A stretch of DNA of 64,000 nt from an uncultured delta proteobacterium (GTDB lineage: Bacteria; Desulfobacterota; RBG-13-43-22). The position numbers and the translations under genes were made by a program. This document shows, in pieces, positions 51,370 through 62,262 of the stretch (its first letter is position 1; every line of letters begins with the position of its first letter). The stretch spans positions 160,001 through 224,000 of the forward strand of contig CAWDKY010000030.1 in NCBI GenBank assembly GCA_963802945.1, given 5' to 3'. Under the pieces are notes generated by a model. It saw only the letters and a list, made by a program, of their open reading frames with translations, was not told where the DNA came from and did no database searches.

Positions 51370-53764
51370 ATGAAGATTGCATCCCTTCGCCTTTCCAACC
51401 CAATAGGCGTGTTTTTACTTGCTCTTATCATCCTCCTGGGTCTGGTGGCAACGCCATGTTTATCGGGTCCCGTTCCTTCCATGGTAAGGCTGTCCGGTCA
51501 TATCCCGGCAAAGGCTATAGCCAAGGCCAGGTTGATAGAGAGGCTGGATTCCAAAACTGAAATTTCCATTGTTTTTTCTTTGCCGCTGCGCAACCAGCCA
51601 GAGTTAGACGGATTGCTGAAACGCATCTACGATCCTACTGATCCGCTTTATGGCCACTATCTAACCTCCCAGGAGTTTACCGACAGATTTGGACCTACAC
51701 AGAGCGATTATGATTCAGTCGCTGGCTATGCTGCCGGCCTGGGACTTAAGATAACCGGAACTCATCCAAACCGTATCCTTCTGGACGCATCGGGCACAGC
51801 AGCCGTGATTGAATCTGCCTTTGATTTGCATCTTAATAATTATCAAGGGCCGGATAACCGAATATTTTATGCCCCTGACAATGACCCTCAAGTTCCCGGT
51901 TCCATTGCTTCCCTTATTGTCGGCCTGATTGGTCTGGACAATGCAGCCGTCCGGCATACCCATAGCCGCCGTGTTTCTGCCGAGGGATTTTCACCAAGAT
52001 CGCCTCAGCCGAAAGGAACAGGCACCGGTATTAATTTGAGACCCAGCGACATCCTAAAAGCTTACAACCTCACCGGCGTATCGGCCAATGGGTCCGGCCA
52101 AACGCTTGGCTTATTCGAACTCGCCTCGTACACCTCCTCTGATGTGAGCGCTTATGCGAGTTATTTTGGTTTGCCAACGATAACGCTGCAAAACGTCCTG
52201 GTTGACGGAGGTCCCACCTGTGGTCCTCCCCCCAACTGTCTATGCGGCCAATGTGGTGAGGACGAAGTGACACTTGACATTGAGCTTCAGATGGCGCTGG
52301 CCCAGGGTGCGAGCAAGATCATGGTCTATGAAGGCCCGAACACGGATGCGGGGACGGTGGACACTTATAACAGAATGGCCACGGATAACCTGGCCAAACA
52401 GATGAGCACGAGCTGGGGGCTTGATGAAGGGGATAATTCCTCGACGTTTCTCAACAGCGAGAATACCATCTTCCAGCAAATGGCGGCACAAGGGCAATCC
52501 ATCTATGCGGCCTCGGGCGACTCGGGCGCCTATGACAATGGTATTACTCTCAGCGTCGATGATCCTGCCTCTCAGCCTTATATGGTTGGAGCGGGAGGGA
52601 CAACGATTTTTGTCAACTCGGACGGGTCATACAATCATGAAACAACCTGGAATGACTCTTACGGGGCCAGTGGCGGAGGTGTCAGGCTGGGTATGGCCAA
52701 TTCCCTCTTGGCAGCAGGGAACTGGAACCGCGGCCTCAGCCACCATGCGGAACGTGCCGGATGTTTCGCTCAACGCTTCCGTCGCAGATAGTCCCTATTA
52801 TGTTTATTATGAAGGCGCCTGGTGGCTTTATGGCGGCACGAGCTGTGCTGCTCCCCTCTGGGCGGCTTTCACCGCGCGCGTCAATCAATTACGCGCTGCT
52901 AATGGGAAGGCAACGTTGGGATTTGCTAATCCTTTGATTTACCAGATTGGGAAAGGCGCAAATTATCAAACGGATTTTCATGACATCGCCGACGGAAGCA
53001 ACAACCTGTATTATGTGGCCAAAACGGGTTATGACAATGCTACCGGATGGGGTTCTTTCAATGGAGCCAATCTGTTGGCCGATCTGGCGTTGTCAACTTC
53101 AGCGCCAAGCGTTACCACAGGCTCGGCTACCAATATAACCGGGGTGACTGCCACCCTGAACGGGACGGTCAATCCCAACGGGTCATCGACAAGTTTTTAT
53201 TTCGAGTGGGGGACATCCACTTCTTATGGGAATACCACCAGCAGCCAGTCAGCCGGCAGCGGCACAAGTGATGTTGCTGCTTCGGCAAATTTAACCGGGC
53301 TCCTTACTGATACTACCTACCACTACCTTCTCGTGGCCACTAACAGTGCCGGGACCAGTTACGGGTCGGATATGACCTTCACGACTTCAACCGGTCCACC
53401 AATCGTTCCGACAGTCACGACCAATGCGGCCAGCGGGCTGACGGCCTCGGGGGCGACCTTGAACGGGACGGTGAATGCCCATAACGCCAGCACGACGGTG
53501 ACCTTTCAATACGGGTTGGACACGAACTATGGCACCACGGTGACGGCGGACCAGAGCCCGGTAACCGGCACCAGTGATACGGCGGTGAGCAAGGCCATAA
53601 GCGGGTTGACTCCCCCAAACACGACCTATCACTATCGAGTAGTCGGTGTGAACTCGGCCGGCACGACCTACGGTGGGGATATGACCTTCACGAATTCTAA
53701 CGCGGGTATGTTTTACTTCATCCCAAACCGGAAGGGCGGGGGAGCAGTCATTTATCTTGAATAG
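51370..53764 (+). CDS. Exported S53 (sedolisin/kumamolisin) peptidase with prodomain and two Fn3-like repeats (frameshift near 52685)
   Basis: Signal peptide; YLTSQEFTDRFGP prodomain; EVTLD, SGDSG, GGTSCAAP, GYDNATGWGS; two ATLNGTVN..TYHY..NSAGT repeats. Confidence 0.92.
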
Positions 53765-53820
53765 GGCGAAATATGGCTTCCTTTAGACACAGAATGGCCA
53801 GGCCAAGGCCAGCCGGGTCT

Positions 53821-53922
53821 CTGGTGGCCACCAACAGTCTGGGGACTCCCTATGGATCGGATATGTGCTTTATTGCCTCTGTCAAAGTTATGCCATGGTT
53901 GTTGTTGCTGCTGGAAGATTAA
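53821..53922 (+). pseudogene. Orphan C-terminal fragment (Fn3 repeat end + MPWLLLLLED)
   Basis: LVATNSLGTPYGSDMCF matches LVATNSAGTSYGSDMTF of the peptidase at DNA and protein level. Confidence 0.75.
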
Positions 53923-54053
53923 TTAAACCTTGGCCCGTCGGTCTCACAGGTTTCAGTCTCCTTTTGACCCGGCTCAAAATATCATGGCCGGTACCCGTTA
54001 TTAAGCCGGGGTGCTAAAAATGATAATATATTTTTAGTAATGGGAAATATCAA

Positions 54054-54503
54054 ATGCGGCTGGTCATTCAAAGGGTCAAAGAAGCCCGGGTAACAGTCAA
54101 AGACGAGGTCGTCGGCGAAATCGGCAGAGGCATTCTGGTCTTTCTGGGCGTTGGGGCGGAAGACACCGAGGCCGACGTGGATTATCTGGTGGAAAAATGC
54201 CTTCACCTGCGAATCTTTCCTGACGCCGGCGAAAAATTCAATCTTTCCTTGATCGATGTTGGCGGGACCTTATTGGTGGTTTCGCAGTTTACCTTGTGGG
54301 GTGATTGCCGGAAAGGCAGACGGCCTTCGTTTACGGAATCGGCGCCTCCCGCGAAGGCCCAGCCTTTATATGATTCATTTATCGATAAAGCCCGGCAGAA
54401 AGGGATTCCTGTGGCCTGTGGCCGGTTTCAGGAGATGATGGATGTGCATTTAATCAATGATGGCCCGGTTACCTTTATTTTGGACAGCAAGAAGAACTTT
54501 TAA
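54054..54503 (+). CDS. dtd: D-aminoacyl-tRNA deacylase
   Basis: [26 protein letters not shown]. Confidence 0.97.
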   Translation: MRLVIQRVKEARVTVKDEVVGEIGRGILVFLGVGAEDTEADVDYLVEKCLHLRIFPDAGEKFNLSLIDVGGTLLVVSQFTLWGDCRKGRRPSFTESAPPAKAQPLYDSFIDKARQKGIPVACGRFQEMMDVHLINDGPVTFILDSKKNF

Positions 54504-54504
54504 G

Positions 54505-54652
54505 TAGGCGCCCACCAATCCCGCCTGCGGCGGGATTGCCCTCATCCCTCCCCGCCTTTTGGCGGGGCAGGCTTATTGCAACGTACTTCAATGTACGTCT
54601 CATTCTTCGGAATGAGGGCGCCTTGTATTTGAGCATTTTTGATCAGCCTACA
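54505..54652 (-). mobile_element. MITE-like element, family A, second (one-ended) copy
   Basis: Reverse complement end is 31/37 identical to 20890-20926; contains CCCGCC-N-GGCGGG palindromes. Confidence 0.65.
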
Positions 54653-54711
54653 GAAAACAGTTTTATTGGGCTTAGTTAACTTCGGAGGAAAATTTTTTTT
54701 AATGGAGACTT

Positions 54712-55185
54712 ATGGCTGAGAATTCAACATCACTTCCTCCCTGCATGATCTTCGTCAGCAAGGAAGGTAAATGGTTTCATGAAGGGGCAGAGATCATTCA
54801 TCGGGCCATCTTTCTCTGGCTGATCCAAAGCCTGGAGAAGACCGAGGACGGCCTGTTCATCGTCCACCTCAACAATCAGAAATGTTATCTGGAGGTGGAA
54901 GACACCCCTCTGGTCGTCCAACAAGTGGACCGGATATCGGAAAGCTCTGAAGGACCTGAAAAGATCCGTCTTACCTTGAACGATGAATCCCAGGAAATCC
55001 TCGACCCGGAAACTTTAAGGATCAGTTCAGAGAGCGTCCTTTATTGCACGGTCAAGGCGGGTGAGTTTCCCGCCCGATTCCTTCGCCCGGCCTATTATCA
55101 GATTGCCGAAAACATTATTGAGGATGAGGCCGGCGGATTTCTCCTTCAACTTACCAATAAAAAATATCCGATTCGAGCGGTTTAG
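54712..55185 (+). CDS. DUF1285-like protein
   Basis: I...G.WFHEG.EI, LEVEDTP, LYC.VK, ARF.RPAYYQ. Confidence 0.75.
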   Translation: MAENSTSLPPCMIFVSKEGKWFHEGAEIIHRAIFLWLIQSLEKTEDGLFIVHLNNQKCYLEVEDTPLVVQQVDRISESSEGPEKIRLTLNDESQEILDPETLRISSESVLYCTVKAGEFPARFLRPAYYQIAENIIEDEAGGFLLQLTNKKYPIRAV

Positions 55186-55331
55186 AGAGAAAAAACGAAT
55201 ATCGAATCTTGAACATCGAATTTCGAAATCATGAAGTGCCGGGTTTCCAATTGACTTCGCAATTAAATATTCAATGTTCGCCATTCAATATTTTAATTCG
55301 TCGTGATGTTCAACGAGACAGGTACAAGGAT

Positions 55332-56345
55332 TTAGGTCGATATTAGACTTTCGCAGGCCTCCAAGACCTGACGGACGGTCAAATCAGCCAGACATTCTTT
55401 CTTGGTACAACCCTGCCTGGTTTTTGGGTCACAAGGAGCACAAGGAATTTCAGAAGCCAGAATCCTGACTGTTTTCCCCTTGGGACCCCAAAGGTCTGGA
55501 TCGGAAGGACCGAAAAGAACCATTGTAGGCAAACCCAAGGCGGCGACCAAATGAGAAACCCCGGAATCATTACCCAGATAACCGACACAATGGGACAAAA
55601 CACCAGCCAGCATTGGTAGGGAAAGTCCTTTGACGATCGGGAAACCAGAAGCCTGGATCACTGAGGGAGAAATAACACCGCTTTCCTTTTCTACCGGACC
55701 CAACAAAAAAATCGGCTGAACCCGATTACCGCCTCCCAATTTTTCTGCCGTTTCTAAAAATCGTTCCATTGGCCAATTTTTATGCGGACTGCCGCTGCCG
55801 GGATGGATGGCGAAGAGAGGTGGGTTATCATCAATCTTTAAATGCCGGCTCAAATACTTCTGAGCTTCATCAAGGTCTTCTTGGGCAGGGAAAATATATC
55901 TTCCGGATTCAATCCAGGGGATATTTTGGGATTCCAGAATTTCTTTTTGCAAAAGTTCCAAAGAGGTCCGGTGCTCAACATCCGGAAGAGAAGGTATCCA
56001 TAAAACCTTTGACAATCCGGCCCGGTTTAATCCCCGGATCAGTATTTCAGGTTGCTGGGCCGAAAGCAGATAGGCCTTTTGAAAGGAGAATAGATAATTT
56101 CGAAATGGATCAGGGATGGCCGTTTTTTCCTGATAAAGCCAGGCCCATTCTTTTTGATGGATGGAAATGATCTCCTGAGCATAGAACCGTTTATGAAGCA
56201 GAGACAAGGTCTCCAAGTTTCCAGCCATGGTCCAGGGGATGCCCTCTTCGAACAAACGCAGACAGTAAAGGGCCGGCAGAGACAGAACCAGATCACCCAG
56301 GGCACCCTGGTGAATAATAAGGATTGGAGCCGAAGATGCCTTCAA
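55332..56345 (-). CDS. Glycosyltransferase family 9 (LPS heptosyltransferase-like)
   Basis: GALGD, IHPGSG..KNWP, GNDSGVSHL, LFGPS, CAPC. Confidence 0.93.
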   Translation of the reverse strand: MKASSAPILIIHQGALGDLVLSLPALYCLRLFEEGIPWTMAGNLETLSLLHKRFYAQEIISIHQKEWAWLYQEKTAIPDPFRNYLFSFQKAYLLSAQQPEILIRGLNRAGLSKVLWIPSLPDVEHRTSLELLQKEILESQNIPWIESGRYIFPAQEDLDEAQKYLSRHLKIDDNPPLFAIHPGSGSPHKNWPMERFLETAEKLGGGNRVQPIFLLGPVEKESGVISPSVIQASGFPIVKGLSLPMLAGVLSHCVGYLGNDSGVSHLVAALGLPTMVLFGPSDPDLWGPKGKTVRILASEIPCAPCDPKTRQGCTKKECLADLTVRQVLEACESLIST

Positions 56346-56515
56346 TTAAAATCATTAGCCTTTCTGAAAATTTTCATTCGGAACCTGAACCAACATTAGA
56401 AGATTAAGTGCTAAAAACACTTTGTCAAGATAATATTTATCGTTTATAATAGGTTACAAATATGAAACGAAATCTCCTCTTTGATAGTACAGGATAAGAA
56501 ATGGAGGGCTCAAAA

Positions 56516-56725
56516 ATGAATAGAGAGTTTAGCGTAGTTATCGAAAAGGATGAAGATGGTTGTTTTGTGGCCTCCGTGCCTACCTTGCGAGGGTGTCACA
56601 CTCAGGCGAAATCACTTGATATTTTGATGAAAAGAATCAAGGAAGCCATTGAACTTTGTCTCGATGTGGAACAACCCGCAGCAACTGAGTTTATTGGGGT
56701 TCAACGTGTTGAGGTCACTCCGTGA
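56516..56725 (+). CDS. hicB: HicB-family antitoxin (short form)
   Basis: VVIEKDEDG.FVASVP.L.GCHTQA; GGAGG RBS. Confidence 0.9.
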   Translation: MNREFSVVIEKDEDGCFVASVPTLRGCHTQAKSLDILMKRIKEAIELCLDVEQPAATEFIGVQRVEVTP

Positions 56726-56826
56726 GAGGCCTTCCTACTATCACCGGTAAACATCTCATTATAATGATCAAGGATACCTTCCATAATTTAGAGTTAAAAA
56801 TGCAGTGTTATACAGAAAAATTTTAG
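56722..56826 (+). pseudogene. Truncated HicA toxin
   Basis: GTGA-coupled start; MRGLPTITGKHLI is HicA-like, then unrelated sequence lacking GSH. Confidence 0.55.
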
Positions 56827-56867
56827 AATAATTTGTTCCTCCCTCTTTCTCCAAATCAAAAGGGCGG

Positions 56868-58203
56868 TTATTGTCCTGCCCCTAATAATCCTTCTTCATC
56901 CATCCAAGCCTTCAAATCAGTCAGGGCCCTTTGGGCATAGGCCTTGCCTCGAAAACGACGGGAGACCTTCCCCTCGAGAGGAGGGAAAAGGCCGAAGTTG
57001 ATGTTCATGGGTTGAAAATCTTTTTTAGGTGCTCGGCTGATATGGGCTGCCAAAGCACCAATGGCGGTTGTGGGCCGGAGGAATGACCAGCGGTTTATCC
57101 TTCAAAAGACGGCAGGCATTGATTCCGGCCAGGATCCCCATAGCCGCCGATTCCACATAACCTTCCACCCCGGTAATCTGACCGGCCAAGAAAATCTGAA
57201 GGGACTTTTTGAGTTGAAGGGTAGGCAGCAGCACCTCAGGACCATTGACAAAGGTATTACGATGGATACTGCCCAGACGGGCGAACTCCGCCTGTTCCAG
57301 TCCGGGTATCAGGCGAAAGATGCGTTCCTGTTCCGGCCATTTGAGTTTGGTCTGAAAACCAACCATGTTGAATAAAGTCCCTTCCTGATTGTCCTGCCGC
57401 AATTGAACTACTGCATAAGGAATTTTTCCCGTTCGGGGATCGGGTAGGCCTACCGGTTTCATCGGACCGAATCGCAAGGTATCTCTTCCCCGCTCGGCCA
57501 TGATCTCGATAGGCAGACAGCCTTCAAAATAGCGGGGCTCCTCAAAAGCATGAAGCGGCACTTGTTCGGCTTGAAGGAGTTGCCCCAGGAAAATCTGATA
57601 TTCTTCTTCATTGAAAGGGCAGTTGATATAGTCGGCCCCACCGTGCCCGTACCTCGATCCTCGAAAGGTTTTATTTAAATCAACGGAATCCAGAAAAACA
57701 ATCGGGGCAATGGCATCGTAAAAATGCAGATGATTTGAACCCAGCAATTCTCCAAGGGCTTGAGCCAATTCATCGGTGGTCAAAGGGCCGGTAGCCAGGA
57801 TCAACGGGCCTTTCGGAAGGGTGGAAACATCTTGGTTTATGATCTCTATCAGAGGATGGGTCGTTATTCGACCGGTAATGAAGCGGGCGAATCCTTCGCG
57901 GTCCACAGCCAGGGATTTTCCGGCCGGCACCTGACAGGCCCGGGCCGCTTCCATGACCAGAGACCCCAGAAGACGCATTTCTTCTTTCAGCAGCCCGACC
58001 GCCATTTCCAGGTCCTGAGAGCGAAAGGAATTGCTGCACACCAGTTCAGCCAACAATGGAGAATGATGGGCCGGAGAAAAACGAAGCGGCTTCATCTCCA
58101 GAAGCCGGACCCGGATCCCTTGCCCGGACGCCTGCCAGGCGGCCTCACACCCGGCCAAGCCCCCACCGATGATGGTGAGTGTCATTTTCTCTTCACTTTG
58201 CAT
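56868..58203 (-). CDS. trmFO: tRNA (uracil-5)-methyltransferase TrmFO (frameshift near 57065)
   Basis: [42 protein letters not shown]. Confidence 0.95.
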
Positions 58204-58314
58204 TTTTTTTGATACCCCAAATAATTTTATACCAATCCGATGATCGAAACAAGGACATTGCTCCGGCCCCCCTAAAATGCACTTGACTTTTTCTTTTTAT
58301 TAGTTTAATTATTA

Positions 58315-58338
58315 AATTGTTTAATTGTTTAATTGTTT
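58315..58338. repeat. 3x AATTGTTT direct repeat, probable antitoxin operator
   Basis: Perfect tandem octamers just upstream of the AAAGGAG RBS. Confidence 0.6.
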
Positions 58339-58361
58339 AAGATAAAGGAGCATAAAACGAT

Positions 58362-58640
58362 ATGGCAACCGTATTAAAAATCAGCCCTCAAGGTCAAATT
58401 CGCATCCCCAAAAAATTGATGGAAATTCTTGATCTTCAAAAAGGAGATTATATTGAGATGGGTTTAGAAAAAAACGAAATCGTCCTAAAACCCAGAAAAC
58501 TGATTGACCCTGCCCAGGGATGGTATTGGACCAGAGAATGGCAAAAAGAAGAAACAGAAGTGGACAAGCAAATTGAAAAAGGAGAACTGTCCCCCAAATT
58601 CCGATCGGCCGAAGAAGGTCTCAAGTGGTTAAAAAAATAG
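58362..58640 (+). CDS. AbrB/MazE-fold antitoxin
   Basis: GQIRIPK..L.L..GD, IVLKP, Q.WYWT.EWQ..E. Confidence 0.88.
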   Translation: MATVLKISPQGQIRIPKKLMEILDLQKGDYIEMGLEKNEIVLKPRKLIDPAQGWYWTREWQKEETEVDKQIEKGELSPKFRSAEEGLKWLKK

Positions 58641-58897
58641 AAGCCTACCAATTCAGCAACAAATTTAAAAAGGAGTTCAAAAATCTTCCCAGGGAAGTCC
58701 AAAAAAAGTTTGAGGAAAAGCTCTCGTTATTTCTTAATAATATTTTCCATCCCTCACTCAGAGTAAAAAAGATTCAAGGAACAAAGGATCGATGGGAAGG
58801 ATCTATAACTCAGAATTATCGGGTCACTTTTCAGTTTACCGAAAATAATTTGATCGTTTTCCGAAGAATCGGAACCCATGATATTTTAAAAAAATAA
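58625..58897 (+). CDS. RelE/ParE-superfamily toxin
   Basis: FKKEFKNL, HPSLRVKKIQG, YRVTF, RRIGTHD. Confidence 0.88.
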   Translation: MVKKIEAYQFSNKFKKEFKNLPREVQKKFEEKLSLFLNNIFHPSLRVKKIQGTKDRWEGSITQNYRVTFQFTENNLIVFRRIGTHDILKK

Positions 58898-58939
58898 AGT
58901 GCGTTCTTTTGACAATTTAGTAATATAGCACCAAAAGTT

Positions 58940-59068
58940 TTTGATGCCATCCATCTGGCTTCGGCCCTACTGATCCAAAAAGAAGTCCCTCTGGCCGTTA
59001 ATTTTATTTGTTTTGATCGTCATTTAAATAAAGCTGCGGTCGAAGAAGGCCTTATTATACCTTTTTAA
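58940..59068 (+). pseudogene. 3' remnant of a VapC PIN toxin
   Basis: FDAIHLASAL..FICFDRHLNKAAVEEGL*, no start. Confidence 0.75.
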
Positions 59069-59135
59069 CAACAAAAGGTTTATTTTCTAAATCTTCTTTG
59101 ACTCTATTCTGTAAACGAAAAATACTTTATTACCC

Positions 59136-59294
59136 ATACCCCATTTCCGCGGAATTACGTATGCTGTCCCCGGAATCCCGGACTTGATCCGGGATCCAGG
59201 TTATCGTAATTTCCTGAGGTCTGGATTCCGGATCTCCCTTTGGTCGTCCGGAATGACAACCTTAAACTCAGGTAATTTCCTGCGAATGCTGTAT
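59136..59294. mobile_element. MITE-like element with REP-like core
   Basis: Imperfect TIRs (16/23) around ATCCCGGACTTGATCCGGGATCCAG..CTGGATTCCGGA..TCCGGAATGACA. Confidence 0.55.
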
Positions 59295-59781
59295 AAGATA
59301 GATTATTATGAACTAAGTCAATAGGCAATATTATTTAATTAAGGCAAAGGAGAACAAAACAATATGGCAACCGCCTTCCCGGAGGTAAATTATTTGCCCC
59401 GGCATTCTTTTGCCAATTCCACTTTATTGGATTTCCCCTTAATAAATGCTGGCAAGGCCCTCTTTTTACAACTTTCATAAAAAGAAAGATGTCTCTTTCT
59501 CTGAATGCAATTAAAAACTGTGAGGATTTTGGGATTAGAAATTTATCTTGATAAAAAGGGAATACAGGCTGGCTGGCAAAATGCAACAATAGGTCCATTT
59601 GATTTTTGCTCATAGAACCCTCGTTATTAGTTGCGTGTTGAATAATACTAGCTGCGAGCTTATAAAAAAAACCTATTGAAACAGCCGGAAGATCAAGGCT
59701 TGAAATCTTGCAGGATTTTGAATCTTTATCTTAAAAAAATCATGTCAATGGAAAAATTATGAAAATATCCGTGAACTTCTT

Positions 59782-62236
59782 CTATTCGTTCTCCTTCTTC
59801 TCCTGATAGCCGCACTCTTTATTGGCGCAGGACCAGACCGTCCCGTCTTTTTTAGTCGTCTTCTCCACTAAAAAAGGGGCCTGGCATTGGGGGCAGGGTT
59901 CCATGACCGGCTTTCCCCAGATCATGAGTTTACATTCCGGATAGCGGCTGCAGCCGAAAAATTTCATGCCCTTTTTACGGGCCACTCGGGAGACCAGCAT
60001 CCCGGAACAGCCGGGCGTCGGGCAGGGAAACTCGGTGGTCACCGGCAGGGTCGATTTACATTTGGGGTATTTTTCACAGGCCAGAAAGGTCCCGCCAAAA
60101 CGGTTTTTTTTCACCACCATTGGGCCTCCGCACTTGGGACAGACCTGGTCGCTGACCGCCTTGGGGAGAGGCTCGGCAGGCTTCCCTTCGGAGGAAATCG
60201 GCTGTGTTTCTTTACAATCCGGATAACCCGAACAGGCCCAGAAAGATCCAAATCGTCCCTGGCGGACCACCATGGGTTTCCCGCACTGGGGACATTCTTT
60301 TCCCGAACCGTCGGATTGTGAGGTTTCCGCAGTCACCGGCTGGATCTTTCCTTTTTCATCCCGGACAAAATTTTGCGTTTGTTTGCAGGCCGGATACCCG
60401 GAACAGGCCAGAAAAGGCCCGTTTTTCCCAATACGGATGGTCATGGGTTTGCCGCAGGTCGGGCAGACAATATCGGTCTTTAGGCCCTTGCCCCGCACCT
60501 GTCTCATTTCCGCACGAGCCCGTTCCAGGGTCTGGGCAAAGGGCTGATAAAAATCCCCCAGAACCTTTGTCCACACCTGTTTTCCTTCTTCGATCTGATC
60601 CAGGTTGTTTTCCATCAGGGCAGTAAACTGGACATCGAGAATCTCGGGAAAATTTTTCACCAGGAGATCATTGACCAGAAAACCCAGTTCAGTGGGAAAG
60701 AAAAAATATTTTTCTTTTTTGACATAGTCTTTTTCTTGAATCGTAGAAATGATGGTCGCATAGGTACTGGGGCGGCCGATCCCTTTTTCTTCCAGCTCCT
60801 TGACCAGCGTGGCTTCGGTATAACGGGCAGGCGGCTGGGTAAAATGCTGTTTGGGGGTGATCTGAAGCAAGGTCAGTTTCTGATGAAGCTGAAGCCTGGG
60901 GAGCTGTCCTTTTTTTTCTTCCTCTTCTTCTTCCGAAGAAACAATATCTTTCCCGACTTCATAGACGGCCGTAAAACCGGGAAAACGCAAGACCGAGCCC
61001 GAAGCCCGAAGTAAATAGTCCCCGGCCTTGATATCCACTTGAGTCTGATCGAACAGGGCGGCCTTCATCTGACTGGCCACAAACCGATTCCAGATCAGAC
61101 GATAGAGGGCCAGTAGATCCTTATCCAGAAAGCGGGCCAGGGCATCCGGCCTTAAATTCATGGAAGTCGGACGAATGGCCTCATGGGCGTCCTGGGCCGA
61201 CTTTTTATTAGTATAGAAATGGGGTTTTCCGGGCACATATTCCGTTCCGAACTGTCCCTGGATATAGCTCCGAACGGCCGTCAGGGCCTCCTGTGAAACT
61301 CGGGTGGAATCGGTGCGCATATAGGTGATCAAGCCGACCAATCCCTCATCCCCCACCTCGACCCCTTCATAGAGCCGCTGGGCCAGAAACATGGTCTTCT
61401 TGGCCGGAAAACGCAATTTACGAAAGGCCTCTTGCTGTAATTGGCTGGTGGTAAAGGGAGGCAAGGGACTGCGTTTGCGTTCCTTCTTTTCGATGTTGAC
61501 AACCTGGAAAGGCTCTTGCGACAAGGCGGCTGCTGATTGTTTGGGCCTGTTCTTCATTGACGATCTTGACGGCCTTCCCCTGGGCTTTGATCAGCCTGGC
61601 TTCAAAGTCAGGGGGAATATTGGCCTGAAGCAAGGCGGTGATCGACCAATATTCTTTGGAAACAAAGGCCTGGATTTCCCGTTCCCGGTCGCAGATCAGT
61701 CGAACGGCCACAGACTGCACCCTGCCGGCGCTCAAGCCTCTTTTGACCTTATCCCAGAGCAGGGGAGAGATCTGGTATCCCACCAGTCGATCCAAAATGC
61801 GCCGGGCCAGTTGGGACTGAACACGTTGTTCATTCAACGCCTCCGGATGCGCCAGGGCTTCCTGAATCGCCTTGGGGGAAAGTTCGTTAAACAAAACCCG
61901 ATGGAATTCTTTATCCTTGCCGGCCAGCTCTTCGGCCAGATGCCAGGCAATGGCCTCTCCTTCGCGGTCCGGGTCCGGGGCCAGGTAAATATGACGAATC
62001 TTTTTCGCCGCCTGTTTGAGTTCTTTCAACACCCGGTCTTTTCCGGAAATAATCTGAAATTCAGGCTTGAATTTATTTTCAATATCCACTCCGAGCAGGT
62101 TGGTGGGCAAATCCTTAATATGTCCGAGTGAGGCCTTGACCTCAAACTCAGGACCCAGATATTTTTTAATGGTTCGAACCTTGGTAGGCGATTCTACAAT
62201 CAACAACGATTTTTCCATTATTCCTTTTTCCATCAT
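59782..62236 (-). CDS. topA: DNA topoisomerase I with C-terminal Zn ribbons (frameshift near 61530)
   Basis: IVESPTK, DPDREGE, SAGRVQ, LITYMRTDS, GIGRPSTY. Confidence 0.96.
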
Positions 62237-62262
62237 TCTCTAGAGTAATTGTTTTTCAAGAG

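Noticed and set aside
53735-53764. GlyGly-CTERM in the sedolisin (KGGGAV)
   Set aside because: No transmembrane helix or terminal Arg/Lys cluster follows the glycines.
59335-59613. 92-aa minus-strand ORF
   Set aside because: No motif and low-information AT-rich sequence; the opposite strand has the better RBS.
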